From positions 1 through 47,756 of the forward strand of contig JBHLNZ010000019.1 of assembly GCA_048941015.1 (NCBI GenBank): a stretch of 47,756 bases of DNA. The letters are read 5' to 3'. The notes under the pieces are model-generated. The model saw nothing but the letters and a program-made list of their open reading frames with translations. It searched no databases and was not told the DNA's origin. This DNA comes from Promethearchaeota archaeon (GTDB lineage Archaea > Asgardarchaeota > Lokiarchaeia > Sigyniarchaeales > SOKP01). Made by a program: the position numbers and the translations under genes. Each line of letters begins with the position of its first letter. Positions within the stretch are counted from its first letter, which is position 1. Shown here piece after piece: positions 20,153 through 29,852 of this stretch.

Positions 20153-22072
20153 ATGTTTTCTCAAAAGCCACCTTCACGTCAGATACCAGGAATAATATCA
20201 TATATGGGTTTTTTTTCAACTAAGAGATCAGCATATTCTCTCTTTATTATCACTCCCGCCTTAATAGGTTTTATATCAATGATTCTTAACCTTTTTTATA
20301 CCGGAATTCTTAACATTTTTTACTTTTTGATTTTATTCATTATGTTTTTAATATCTTCTGGCGTTGGTATTCTTATTTCTATTTTTTATTATTCAAAAAA
20401 AGCGCCTCTAGTTGGTCCTCCACCAAAAGGGTGGGCAATTCAAATGAATTGTTTTTTTAGTCTGATTATTGGATGTTCATTTGTTATTGGTCAGATATTA
20501 GTTATATTTGTTAGAAATATTACGTTTCAAGAAGTTTTTTTTATTTTAGGGACAATTGTTTCATATATTATAGCTTATGTTATTTATTTTTCTTTTACTA
20601 CTGTAGGTAAATATGGGAATTTAATCTTAGGTTTAACTCAACCGGTTTCGGTAATTCTTTTATATAGTATCTTTACTGCTCAAATATCTTTAACCTTTTT
20701 CATCAGAGCAATAATTTTCTTCTGTTCAGCGGCTTTTATTTTTGCTATTCCATATGCTAGAGAAATGTCTCAAGTAAGCAATATATATAAAGAACTAACT
20801 GGAATTGGAGGATATCCCTTTATTCGAGCATTTGTGCTTTCGATGATGACGGAGGGAAATGATTATTTAATAGAGGATCTTTTTGACACCATTGGAATTG
20901 AGTCAGACATTAAAATTCAGTACCTTACAATAAGAAGTTCGAAATCTAAAAAGCTTAAGGGATTATATGTAATACCACATCTTCATTTTGGACCTTTTAA
21001 AACATGTGGCTCATCAGATTTACCTGCTCAAATTCATAAATTATTTAATTATATCCCCGGTATTACTGTTTATCATACAACTAATGATCATAGTCAGAAT
21101 TTAACGACTCGTAAAGAGCTTAATAAAGTTCTTAATAGAATTAAAGATGATGTTAGAAAAATTGAAACAGAAAATTTTGATAATGGATGGGTGAATCAAA
21201 TAAAAGATGTTACACGAAAAATTTCTAATTCAGCAAAATTAATAGGTACGGATATTGATAATGTTCCTATTATCTTTCTTACCCGTCATCCTCTCCCATC
21301 TGATGATATTCAACATCAAATTGGAGAAGAGATTAGAGAATTTGCTATTTCTAGTGGATATAAGGATGTTATAATTATTGATTCGCATAATTCAATAATA
21401 GGAGACGAAATTCTTATAGAAAAAGATTCAATAGAGGGCAGAGATCTTATAAATGTAGCAAAATCTTATTTAAAATCAAATAAAAGAAATGAAGAACGCC
21501 CAAAAAATAGAATTCTTTATGGAGTAGCAAGAGATAATTTGAATGAATTTTCTGAAAAAGATGGGATTGGTGCTGGAGGGATGGTGGTACATCTTTTTAA
21601 AAATTCTAATACAAATCAAAAAACAGCGTTTATTCATTTTGATGCTAATAATGCTTATGTCGATATAAGATCGTATATATTAAATATGCTTCAAAATAGG
21701 GGTATTGAAAGGGGAGAATTAACTACATCTGATTCTCATACTGTAGCTAGACAATTCACGAGAAGAGGATATTCACCTCTGGGAGATAAAATTAAATTGG
21801 AAAAAATATTAAAAAAATTAGAAATTTTAATCCAAGAAGCAGAAAAAAATTACGAGGAAGTAGAGTTTCATTATTATGACTCTATTCTTGAGAAAATTAG
21901 GATTTGGGGAGATCCTAAATATTTTGATACCATAATGAACACTTTACAAGAATGCTTAAAGGTATCACAGAGATTATTAACATTGAGTTTAATTCTTCCA
22001 ACCTTTTTCTCACTAATCTTGTTATTTTTTTATTATAATATTCAAATAACTGACATTTTTAATATATTTTGA
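20153..22072 (+). CDS. DUF2070 family archaeal membrane protein
   Basis: N-terminal TM region, HFGPF..GSSDLP, HTT.DH..N, IDSHN, DANN, TSDSH motifs, C-terminal TM. Confidence 0.85.
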   Translation: MFSQKPPSRQIPGIISYMGFFSTKRSAYSLFIITPALIGFISMILNLFYTGILNIFYFLILFIMFLISSGVGILISIFYYSKKAPLVGPPPKGWAIQMNCFFSLIIGCSFVIGQILVIFVRNITFQEVFFILGTIVSYIIAYVIYFSFTTVGKYGNLILGLTQPVSVILLYSIFTAQISLTFFIRAIIFFCSAAFIFAIPYAREMSQVSNIYKELTGIGGYPFIRAFVLSMMTEGNDYLIEDLFDTIGIESDIKIQYLTIRSSKSKKLKGLYVIPHLHFGPFKTCGSSDLPAQIHKLFNYIPGITVYHTTNDHSQNLTTRKELNKVLNRIKDDVRKIETENFDNGWVNQIKDVTRKISNSAKLIGTDIDNVPIIFLTRHPLPSDDIQHQIGEEIREFAISSGYKDVIIIDSHNSIIGDEILIEKDSIEGRDLINVAKSYLKSNKRNEERPKNRILYGVARDNLNEFSEKDGIGAGGMVVHLFKNSNTNQKTAFIHFDANNAYVDIRSYILNMLQNRGIERGELTTSDSHTVARQFTRRGYSPLGDKIKLEKILKKLEILIQEAEKNYEEVEFHYYDSILEKIRIWGDPKYFDTIMNTLQECLKVSQRLLTLSLILPTFFSLILLFFYYNIQITDIFNIF

Positions 22073-22225
22073 TGAACCTTTTAAAAATGAAGGTTTTTTA
22101 AATCTTAAATAAAATAGATATTGTCATTATTGCATAAGAATATATCTCAATAATATGACGATATTATCGAGATTCATATAATTTAACTCCCCTTTTTCTT
22201 TTAAAATCATTTTTAAAAAGAAATA

Positions 22226-22762
22226 ATGTTGAGTTCTGAGCTAAAAAAGCTTCTTAAGATTAGTATCATCGGACATCCTGCAGTAGGAAAAACTACGATG
22301 TTAAAGCTACTTTCTAAGAATGTAATAGATCGAATTTATCTACCAACACATGGATTTGATCTAAAGACTGTAAAATTTGACAGTTACACTTTAAAAGTAT
22401 GGGATTTCGCAGGGCAAGGAGCATATCTCAAATCTTGCAGTAAGGATCATTTGATTGGTTCTGATATAGTACTAGTTGTCACAGATTCTACTCCACGAAA
22501 TGTGTTAAGATCTCGTGAATTAATTAATTATGCTACTCACTTTGTTGAGAAAGATTGTCCCATAATCGCGATTGCAAATAAACAGGATTTACTAAAGAAC
22601 GATGGTCGTATGGAGCCAAATAGAATTGAAGATATTCTTCAAATAAGAACTTATGGCTTAACTGCTATTAATCCAAGAGAAAGGGTAAGGTTAATGGATA
22701 TTATAAGAAAAGAACTTCAACAAATTGCTATAAAAAGGAGGTTGAATGAAATTGAACTTTAA
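22226..22762 (+). CDS. Small Ras-superfamily GTPase (Arf/Rag-like, Asgard type)
   Basis: G1 GHPAVGKTT, G2 PT.G, G3 WDFAGQ, G4 NKQD, G5-like TA. Confidence 0.93.
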   Translation: MLSSELKKLLKISIIGHPAVGKTTMLKLLSKNVIDRIYLPTHGFDLKTVKFDSYTLKVWDFAGQGAYLKSCSKDHLIGSDIVLVVTDSTPRNVLRSRELINYATHFVEKDCPIIAIANKQDLLKNDGRMEPNRIEDILQIRTYGLTAINPRERVRLMDIIRKELQQIAIKRRLNEIEL

Positions 22763-23306
22763 TGAGAATGAACTTTTTGGGGCAGCTCTAATCGGTTTTG
22801 ATATGATTGATGGTCCATTTTTAAAATGGAAAAAAGAATATACTAATGCTCAAAATCTATTAAGCTTGGACGATTTTGCTATGAATTTCTACCTTGCTTT
22901 TAGGGGGGGAAATGCTGGCAAAAAACCTAGAGCGATTTTATATGATAATTTCTATATTGTAGCTTTTCCAAAAGATCTAGAATTATGCTGTTTATTTATG
23001 AAACCAAAAGGAATAGAAAATAATATTAAACAATTAAACAAGGTTGCTTTCAGAATAATTGATGAAATGGAAGCTAATGAAGAAGAAGAGGACAAACCTG
23101 AAGTCTCTGATGATGATACTATTGAAGAAATTAAAAGACTTATCCTTAATTTATTAAATGGGACTGAAATGTCTACTCCTGAGCTAAGAAGATATTTTAA
23201 ATTAAATAATTCCCAAATTTGGAAAATAATGTCAGATTTAGAGAGCTCTCAAAAAGTTAAGCGTACAAGTAAAAAAGGAAGGTCTGTTTATTGGACCTCG
23301 TCATAA
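22746..23306 (+). CDS. Putative longin/uDENN-like domain fused to a winged helix-turn-helix
   Basis: N-terminal ALIGFDMIDGP beta-hairpin motif, acidic linker, C-terminal ILNLL...MSTPELRRYF..NNSQIWKIMSDLE...VKR..KGRSVYW wHTH; overlaps the GTPase stop by 17 nt. Confidence 0.6.
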   Translation: MKLNFNENELFGAALIGFDMIDGPFLKWKKEYTNAQNLLSLDDFAMNFYLAFRGGNAGKKPRAILYDNFYIVAFPKDLELCCLFMKPKGIENNIKQLNKVAFRIIDEMEANEEEEDKPEVSDDDTIEEIKRLILNLLNGTEMSTPELRRYFKLNNSQIWKIMSDLESSQKVKRTSKKGRSVYWTSS

Positions 23307-23352
23307 ATTTAACACTTATTATTTTTAAATAATTTAGAATGTAATTTATAAC

Positions 23353-24201
23353 CTAAGCGCGTCTATGTTCCCAATTTTTTTCCTTAGTGAAAAAACGGGA
23401 GAACATTATATAACAAATGTCAGATAAATCTTTTTCTTCATTATGAAGTGTAATATATCTTAAAATGTGATTTATTACGAAAATGCCGAGTAACTCTACA
23501 TGATAATTACTTATTTTTTTCAGATTTTTTCCTTTAAATGATATATCGAGTCCATCGCTAGTATTCCATGTTAATTCCACAAAAATTTCGGGAAATAACT
23601 CCTTTTCAAAAACCCACCCATCAGCTATCTTATCTATCTTAGCACCTAAGAATTCAGCTAGATGATCTTTATCGCTTTTCTTTATTAAACTGAATGGTTG
23701 ACTTCTTTGCAAAAGAACTTTTTTTATTAGATCAGTTTTAGTTGAATAGTCGCTTTGAAAGGGTGATTCATGTTTTATTATTCTATCAATAAAATCCATG
23801 ACAATATCAATATAAGTTGCAGTATCTTCACCCGGAACCCAGAAAACTCGTTTTCCAGAAAAAAGAAATTTAAATTCTGCTTCAATTTCACCGCCAAATT
23901 CACTTCCAAAGAAAGTATAAGCAAAATGGAGATTCACTTCCGGAAACATCTCAATTGTAATTGTCCAATCCTCATTAAAGCCGATATTTTCAAAGTTACC
24001 TCCGAGTTTCTTTTCAACAATCTCTTTTAACTCTACTTTATCAATATCGATGAATAGGTGATACTTAGCTTTACTTATATTCTTTAATTCTACTTCATGG
24101 GGTCCTCTTACCCCAGTGGCATCAATTTCGCCTACAGTCCAGTATTTTTTTTTAGAATCTGTCATTACAACATCATAAAAGATATTAAAAATTAAGTTCA
24201 A
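23353..24201 (-). CDS. Hypothetical protein with two DUF3786-like repeats
   Basis: Internal repeat LGG...W.I..EMFPEV versus LGA...W.F..ELFPEI; ends of repeat 1 resemble DUF3786 (FLF...GED). Confidence 0.5.
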   Translation of the reverse strand: MNLIFNIFYDVVMTDSKKKYWTVGEIDATGVRGPHEVELKNISKAKYHLFIDIDKVELKEIVEKKLGGNFENIGFNEDWTITIEMFPEVNLHFAYTFFGSEFGGEIEAEFKFLFSGKRVFWVPGEDTATYIDIVMDFIDRIIKHESPFQSDYSTKTDLIKKVLLQRSQPFSLIKKSDKDHLAEFLGAKIDKIADGWVFEKELFPEIFVELTWNTSDGLDISFKGKNLKKISNYHVELLGIFVINHILRYITLHNEEKDLSDICYIMFSRFFTKEKNWEHRRA

Positions 24202-24207
24202 TATTTA

Positions 24208-25530
24208 TTATTTTAGCTTTTTTTTGAATTTTGCTATAAAAAATCCTTGGGTTTTATGAATTGAGGGAAAAAGTCTTCCTGCGCCTTCTATTTGTAAATT
24301 ATTTATTTTATAACATGGTGACAACCATTCTGGGATTTTTAAAGGTTCCAAATCATTTGTATATTTCATAATCTGCAGTTCTCCCTCTTCTGAGTATAAA
24401 CTACAAGTAGCATATACGAAAATCCCCCCCGGTTTTAATAATTTAAGGCCTTGATTTATCAATTTTTCCTGTAATACTACATTTTGATGCAAGAATTTTG
24501 AATTTTGGCGCCATTTAAGCTCGGGTTGGTTTAATAAGGCACCGCTCCCTGTACAAGGTGCATCTATCAACACTTTATCAAATAAAGAATCATAACCGAT
24601 TGGTGTATTTATACTATCAGTATTAATTAAAAATGAATTTTTAACAAATAACTTAGCTAATAATCTTTGAGCTACCCTTAATCTCTTTATATCAATGTCG
24701 ATCGCTATGATTCTTGCTTTATTTTTAGAGTATTGACTAATAAGACTCGTTTTTATTCCAGGTGCTGCACACATATCGCATATAATTTCACCAGGTTGAG
24801 GTGATAAAAGATATACAACTGTCGCTGATGCTTTATCTTGAAATATGATTTTACCATCTTTATAATAATGTGTTTTTAAAATTCTTTTTTTGTATTTGTT
24901 TAAAGTAAAATAAAACTCAGGAATTTCAGAATCTTCATTTATAACAATTCTATTCTTATGAAACATTTCTTTAATTGATTCTGATAAAATTTTTGGACTT
25001 TCAATCTTTGCTAAACTGTTTATACGGAAAAATAATTTACTATTTATATTATAATCATTTAAGCTTTTTACAGTATCAATAAGTAAATTGTATGACATGA
25101 TAGGTTTTAAGTGTTCAATTAAAAATTGTGGAATAGCGTGTTTTGTACTTAACTTTTCATCCGTATTCTTATTTTCTAAAGCAATTTTCCAAGAAAAGGA
25201 GTATAATTTATCTATAAAAGATATATCATTTTCTATTATTAATAATTCATTAAGTATTTCCTGTTTAGGAGATTTTTCATGAATTATACGATATGTTATA
25301 TATAATAATTTTGCCATATCAATTTCTTTTAAATTAGAATTTTCTAGCGATCTGAGTGTTTTTTTTATAATAAAATTTAATTGACTCCAATATCTTATAA
25401 TTTCATTATAATAATGATTTATAATAGGGTCTGAGTAATATTCATCAGACTTTATATCAGTTTCTCCTCTTAAAAAAGAGTTTAATAGTTTTAATATAGT
25501 ATTAATTGATTTTTTGTTTATTTTTATCAA
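24208..25530 (-). CDS. RsmB/NOP2/Sun family RNA m5C methyltransferase
   Basis: QDKAS, DMCAAPGIKT, DAPCTGSG, YATCSL, GFFIAK motifs. Confidence 0.95.
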   Translation of the reverse strand: MIKINKKSINTILKLLNSFLRGETDIKSDEYYSDPIINHYYNEIIRYWSQLNFIIKKTLRSLENSNLKEIDMAKLLYITYRIIHEKSPKQEILNELLIIENDISFIDKLYSFSWKIALENKNTDEKLSTKHAIPQFLIEHLKPIMSYNLLIDTVKSLNDYNINSKLFFRINSLAKIESPKILSESIKEMFHKNRIVINEDSEIPEFYFTLNKYKKRILKTHYYKDGKIIFQDKASATVVYLLSPQPGEIICDMCAAPGIKTSLISQYSKNKARIIAIDIDIKRLRVAQRLLAKLFVKNSFLINTDSINTPIGYDSLFDKVLIDAPCTGSGALLNQPELKWRQNSKFLHQNVVLQEKLINQGLKLLKPGGIFVYATCSLYSEEGELQIMKYTNDLEPLKIPEWLSPCYKINNLQIEGAGRLFPSIHKTQGFFIAKFKKKLK

Positions 25531-25642
25531 CTTACAATATTCTATTAAATGTTAATTCTAATTTTTTACTTCAAGAATATTTCAAACCTTAAATAAAAGA
25601 ACAATCTAATGATAATTAACTATTCTTTATTATTTTAATTTA

Positions 25643-26926
25643 GTGAACATGATGAAAAATTATTCAACTAAAATTCTAATTCTTTTAACTTTTTTTTCTT
25701 CTGCATTATTTAGCATTATTACCCCTATGGCTAAAGAACTTACAATTGCATTGAGTTTGGTTGGTGAAGAACAAGTCGCATTTATAAATTCAATGTTTTT
25801 AATTGTTGGAGCAGTTAGTTCTTTAGTTTGGGCAATTTTAGGGGATAGATTTCCACGTAAAATTTTATTAATCGTTGCTACATTAGAGTGGTCGGTGCTA
25901 ATTTTTTTAACTATTTTCGCAACTAACTTTATCTCATTATTAATTTTTCAATTATTTACAGCAATAGGATTTGGAGCAATATTACCTCTAGTGTTTTCAT
26001 TAATTGTTGATCTTATTGACCCTTCGGTAAGAGGTAAAAAATTTGGTGATTTAAGTGCTGTATACGTATTAGGTAATGGATTAGGACAAGTATTATCAGG
26101 ATTTTTGATTGAAGCATACACATGGCAAATCCCTCTTATAATAATATCTATTGGAGGATTATTGTGTACGGGATTATTGTTTATAGTTAAAGAGCCTCTT
26201 AGAGGTTCAATGGATCATTCTATTGAAGATTTAGATGAAAGTAAAATTAGACTAGATTATAAAATTAGAGTGAAAGACTTAAAACAAATTTGGAAAATTA
26301 AATCAACTTTATGGATTTTGATTTTAAATTTTGCAATGTTTATTTCAATTGGTGCAATATCTTCGTTCTTTATTTCAATGTTAAAAAATGACTACTCACT
26401 TAGCTCAACATTAGCTACTATCTTTTTAATTATAGTTTTTGGCAGTCAAGTACCATCTGGCCCCCTATTTGGGAAATTGGGTGATAAAAAACGAAAAGAG
26501 GACAAAGTAGGAAGAATTAAGGTAATATTAATTTGCTTGGTTTCTGGTTCAAGTATATATATTGTTGGCTATTCATTGATTTTTATCTCGAAGGAACCTT
26601 TTATTGCGTTCCTCTTTCTCGTTTTCGCATTTCTTGGTGCTTTTTTATTTGGAGGTATTGATCCACTTACTCAAGCAACTCTCGGAGAGATTAATCCTCC
26701 TCAAATAAGATCCACTATTTATTCAGTCAATTATTTGACATATACTATTGGTAGAAGCATAAGTTTATTGTTATTGGGTCAATTTTTTCTATTATTCAAT
26801 AATCAGTATAGCCCAGGCTATCTTATTTTATCAATAATGGCTTTATGTAGTTCTTTATGCTTAATACCAATTTTAAGATTTTTACCAAAGGATATACTAG
26901 AATTTAAATCGAGAGAATCTGATTAA
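25643..26926 (+). CDS. MFS transporter
   Basis: Motif A (LGDRFPRK), 12 TM; paralogous in style to 11511..13742. Confidence 0.9.
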   Translation: MNMMKNYSTKILILLTFFSSALFSIITPMAKELTIALSLVGEEQVAFINSMFLIVGAVSSLVWAILGDRFPRKILLIVATLEWSVLIFLTIFATNFISLLIFQLFTAIGFGAILPLVFSLIVDLIDPSVRGKKFGDLSAVYVLGNGLGQVLSGFLIEAYTWQIPLIIISIGGLLCTGLLFIVKEPLRGSMDHSIEDLDESKIRLDYKIRVKDLKQIWKIKSTLWILILNFAMFISIGAISSFFISMLKNDYSLSSTLATIFLIIVFGSQVPSGPLFGKLGDKKRKEDKVGRIKVILICLVSGSSIYIVGYSLIFISKEPFIAFLFLVFAFLGAFLFGGIDPLTQATLGEINPPQIRSTIYSVNYLTYTIGRSISLLLLGQFFLLFNNQYSPGYLILSIMALCSSLCLIPILRFLPKDILEFKSRESD

Positions 26927-27001
26927 TTTAATAATGGACTTGTTTGAGAAATAGAAATTATTTCAAATTAAAATAAAAAGTAAAAAAAAAATTATAATTA
27001 A

Positions 27002-27823
27002 TTATTTTTTCTTTTTCATCATTGTATAAATTAAGCCAATAACGCTTACAGTAGTGATTCCTAAGAGGATAGTAAGTTCATAGCCTGGTATACCAGGTGC
27101 TAACCATGCATATTCATAAATCACATTGCTTTCATTATCTTGTAATTTATAACCTATAAACGCACCATAAGTTTCATCAAATATCCAAGTTTCAGTACAA
27201 TTTTCTAAATACTGATAGAACGTAGCTGCCGAGAAACTATATACATAATCTAATGGATAGACTGCATTATGGACAATAGTGTTATCTATAGAGCCCCATC
27301 TTGGTTCATAAACGAGAGCACCTAAGTATTGTGCTACTGGAGTTGGCAATTGGGAGAGTAATAGGAAAGCATTATGCATTGAGACGTTTTGAGGAATAGA
27401 TAAATGGTTAACTATATAAGTTACATTAGTAGGATCATATAAACTGGTCACATTATAATCAGTAAGATCATCAGGATCTGCAGGAATAGCTCCTGTAGTC
27501 CATTTCCAATTATCTGTTGTGTAATTGGCCGCATCAAAAACCCCAAAATACTTAGCATCAAAATCTACTGCTGTAACTAGTGATTTCTTTTTTGCTCCCA
27601 AATTTTCAGCTCCTACTCCAAAATTGTGGATTACATCTGTCCAATTTACTCCCCATAAATCCTCTAAAGCTGCACTATTGACAGTTTTGACTTTCAATAT
27701 TTTTTCATTTCCAGCAGCTCCATGAAATGTATAGACTCCTTTTTGAGGAACTACAGTAGGAGTCATTGATAATGCGATGGTTAAAAAAAGAGCAACGAGT
27801 ATAATATATTTTACTTTTTTCAT
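27002..27823 (-). CDS. Secreted/surface protein with IPGY-TM-basic C-terminal sorting signal
   Basis: Signal peptide; C-terminus IPGYE, hydrophobic helix, KKKK (PGF-CTERM/Loki-CTERM-like); several N-x-S/T sequons. Confidence 0.8.
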   Translation of the reverse strand: MKKVKYIILVALFLTIALSMTPTVVPQKGVYTFHGAAGNEKILKVKTVNSAALEDLWGVNWTDVIHNFGVGAENLGAKKKSLVTAVDFDAKYFGVFDAANYTTDNWKWTTGAIPADPDDLTDYNVTSLYDPTNVTYIVNHLSIPQNVSMHNAFLLLSQLPTPVAQYLGALVYEPRWGSIDNTIVHNAVYPLDYVYSFSAATFYQYLENCTETWIFDETYGAFIGYKLQDNESNVIYEYAWLAPGIPGYELTILLGITTVSVIGLIYTMMKKKK

Positions 27824-28025
27824 ATTTATTCCTTAATTTAGTAGTTTATAAAATAAGATTGCTGATTAATCTATTATTTATCAATTGTATATTTAAATAT
27901 TTCTCAATATTATTAATAGGACATTGGAAAACTTCATCACTTCAAAATAAATATAAATAAGGTTGTTTTATTTGAAATATAATTCTAATTTTAAATGAAT
28001 CAAACCAAAATTAATTGATGAAATA

Positions 28026-28802
28026 ATGGAAATTTTTTCTCCAGAAAAAAATATTGATATAGCATACAAAATAAGTGGAAATGAAGAAGGCCCTAAAATG
28101 GTTTTAATCCATGGACTTTTTTTAAATAGTGATTGCTGGAAATATCAACTCCCTGCTTATGAACCAGAGTTCCATATCCTTAGATTTGATCTACGAGGTC
28201 ATGGCAGGTCTACCAAGCCCAAAAAACGTTTTACTATTCGAAATTATGTAGATGATATGCATGCTTTGCTTAATCATATTAATTGGAACAATAATATGTA
28301 TTTAGTTGGTCATTCATTAGGAGGGATGATTGCTATGGTTTACGCCCTCGAAAATCCTTCCCATGTAAAGAAATTGGTAGTTGCTGATAGTTTTTGTTTT
28401 ATAAGCCAAGAAGCGATCACGGACGTACTAGGCAGAGTAAATAGCAGTAAATTAGAAAAATTTGCAATTGGAATTAGTGTTCGAGGATTGACTCCATATA
28501 ATGATGAAATCGCCGAATTTGTTGCTAAATTAGTTACAGATCATATGACTAAAAAGGATTGTTTACAGGCAACGGCAGCATCAGCAGGATTCAATATTTG
28601 TGAAAATTTAAAATCATTGGATAAACCAGTGTTAGTTCTGGTAGGAAAGAAAGATATAACCACACCTGTATGGGCAAGTGAAATGATACATGAGTGGCTT
28701 CCTCAATCTGAATTAGTAATTCTTCCTGATGCAGGTCATTTAACTATTTTTGATCATCCCAATGAATTCAATGATCTAGTATTATCATTTTGGAAAAAAT
28801 AA
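28026..28802 (+). CDS. Alpha/beta hydrolase (PcaD-like)
   Basis: HG, DLRGHGRS, GHSLGG nucleophile elbow, D...AGH. Confidence 0.92.
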   Translation: MEIFSPEKNIDIAYKISGNEEGPKMVLIHGLFLNSDCWKYQLPAYEPEFHILRFDLRGHGRSTKPKKRFTIRNYVDDMHALLNHINWNNNMYLVGHSLGGMIAMVYALENPSHVKKLVVADSFCFISQEAITDVLGRVNSSKLEKFAIGISVRGLTPYNDEIAEFVAKLVTDHMTKKDCLQATAASAGFNICENLKSLDKPVLVLVGKKDITTPVWASEMIHEWLPQSELVILPDAGHLTIFDHPNEFNDLVLSFWKK

Positions 28803-28819
28803 AAAAAATAAAATTATAG

Positions 28820-29842
28820 TTATTTACCCCATTTAATTACACCAGCATTCCAAGCCCAACCTATACCTGCAGCGGTAAGCACAACTACATCTCCATCTTT
28901 AATTTTTCCACTTTTTAATCCAAAATCTAACGAGATAATTCCATCATTCTGGCCGTTATGACCTATTTCTTCAAAATATGTTGTTTGTTTGTAAGGATCT
29001 ACTCCTACAGCATTCGCTACATATTCAAATGCACTTCTTTTCATATGGAGTAATGCTAAATAGTCAATATCTTCTCTAGTATATCCAGATTTCCTTAAAG
29101 CATCATCTATTACTCTCACAAATGAATCCATAGAAAATTTATCTAATCTTTCCTTTAAACCTTCAGGATCAGGTACATCCAAGTAGATTAAATCATTATC
29201 TATGGCCTCATGAGAAATTGGTTGAACTGTTCCCCCTGCGGGAACGTAAACATCATCTGCAAATCTCCCATCTGAAATGGCTGAAATTCCTAAAATTTCA
29301 TTAACTTTATAATCGGCTTTTATAACAGCAGCCACTCCACTGGCTGCTAAACTAATCATGAAACGAGATCGCTGATTCTTATAATTAATCAAATCTGAAT
29401 TTCTATAGCCACTAGCAATTAAAACTCTATTAATTTCGGGATCAGTCTGGATTAAACTTTTTGCTAATAACATACCTACCAAAAATGTTCCACATCTTTG
29501 ATTTATATCAAAAGCCCATGGATGAGTAGGATTTCCCAACAGTTTTTGTAGTTTTATACCGTAAGTCATCATTGGTCTTTCAGCATAAACTTCACCAGCC
29601 CAGATAATAAGATCAATTTGATTTGCCGTTATATTTGCTCGTTCAAGAGCTTGAAAACTAGCTTTTGCTCCCATTGCAACGGTGTGATCATCAGGACCAG
29701 GAACCGTTTTACTCTTTAAACCAAACTTTTCTACGATAATTTCTTTTGGGATTCCAGTTTCTCTTGAGATAAGATCACTTGAATGTCTTTCTTTAGGAAG
29801 ATAAATTCCCCATGATTCCAGACCGACATGACGATAATCCAT
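28820..29842 (-). CDS. 3-oxoacyl-ACP/CoA synthase III-like (FabH-like) condensing enzyme
   Basis: AFDINQRCG (Cys), LLHMK (His), IGHNGQND, AAGIGWAW. Confidence 0.88.
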   Translation of the reverse strand: MDYRHVGLESWGIYLPKERHSSDLISRETGIPKEIIVEKFGLKSKTVPGPDDHTVAMGAKASFQALERANITANQIDLIIWAGEVYAERPMMTYGIKLQKLLGNPTHPWAFDINQRCGTFLVGMLLAKSLIQTDPEINRVLIASGYRNSDLINYKNQRSRFMISLAASGVAAVIKADYKVNEILGISAISDGRFADDVYVPAGGTVQPISHEAIDNDLIYLDVPDPEGLKERLDKFSMDSFVRVIDDALRKSGYTREDIDYLALLHMKRSAFEYVANAVGVDPYKQTTYFEEIGHNGQNDGIISLDFGLKSGKIKDGDVVVLTAAGIGWAWNAGVIKWGK

Positions 29843-29852
29843 AGTCTTGCAC

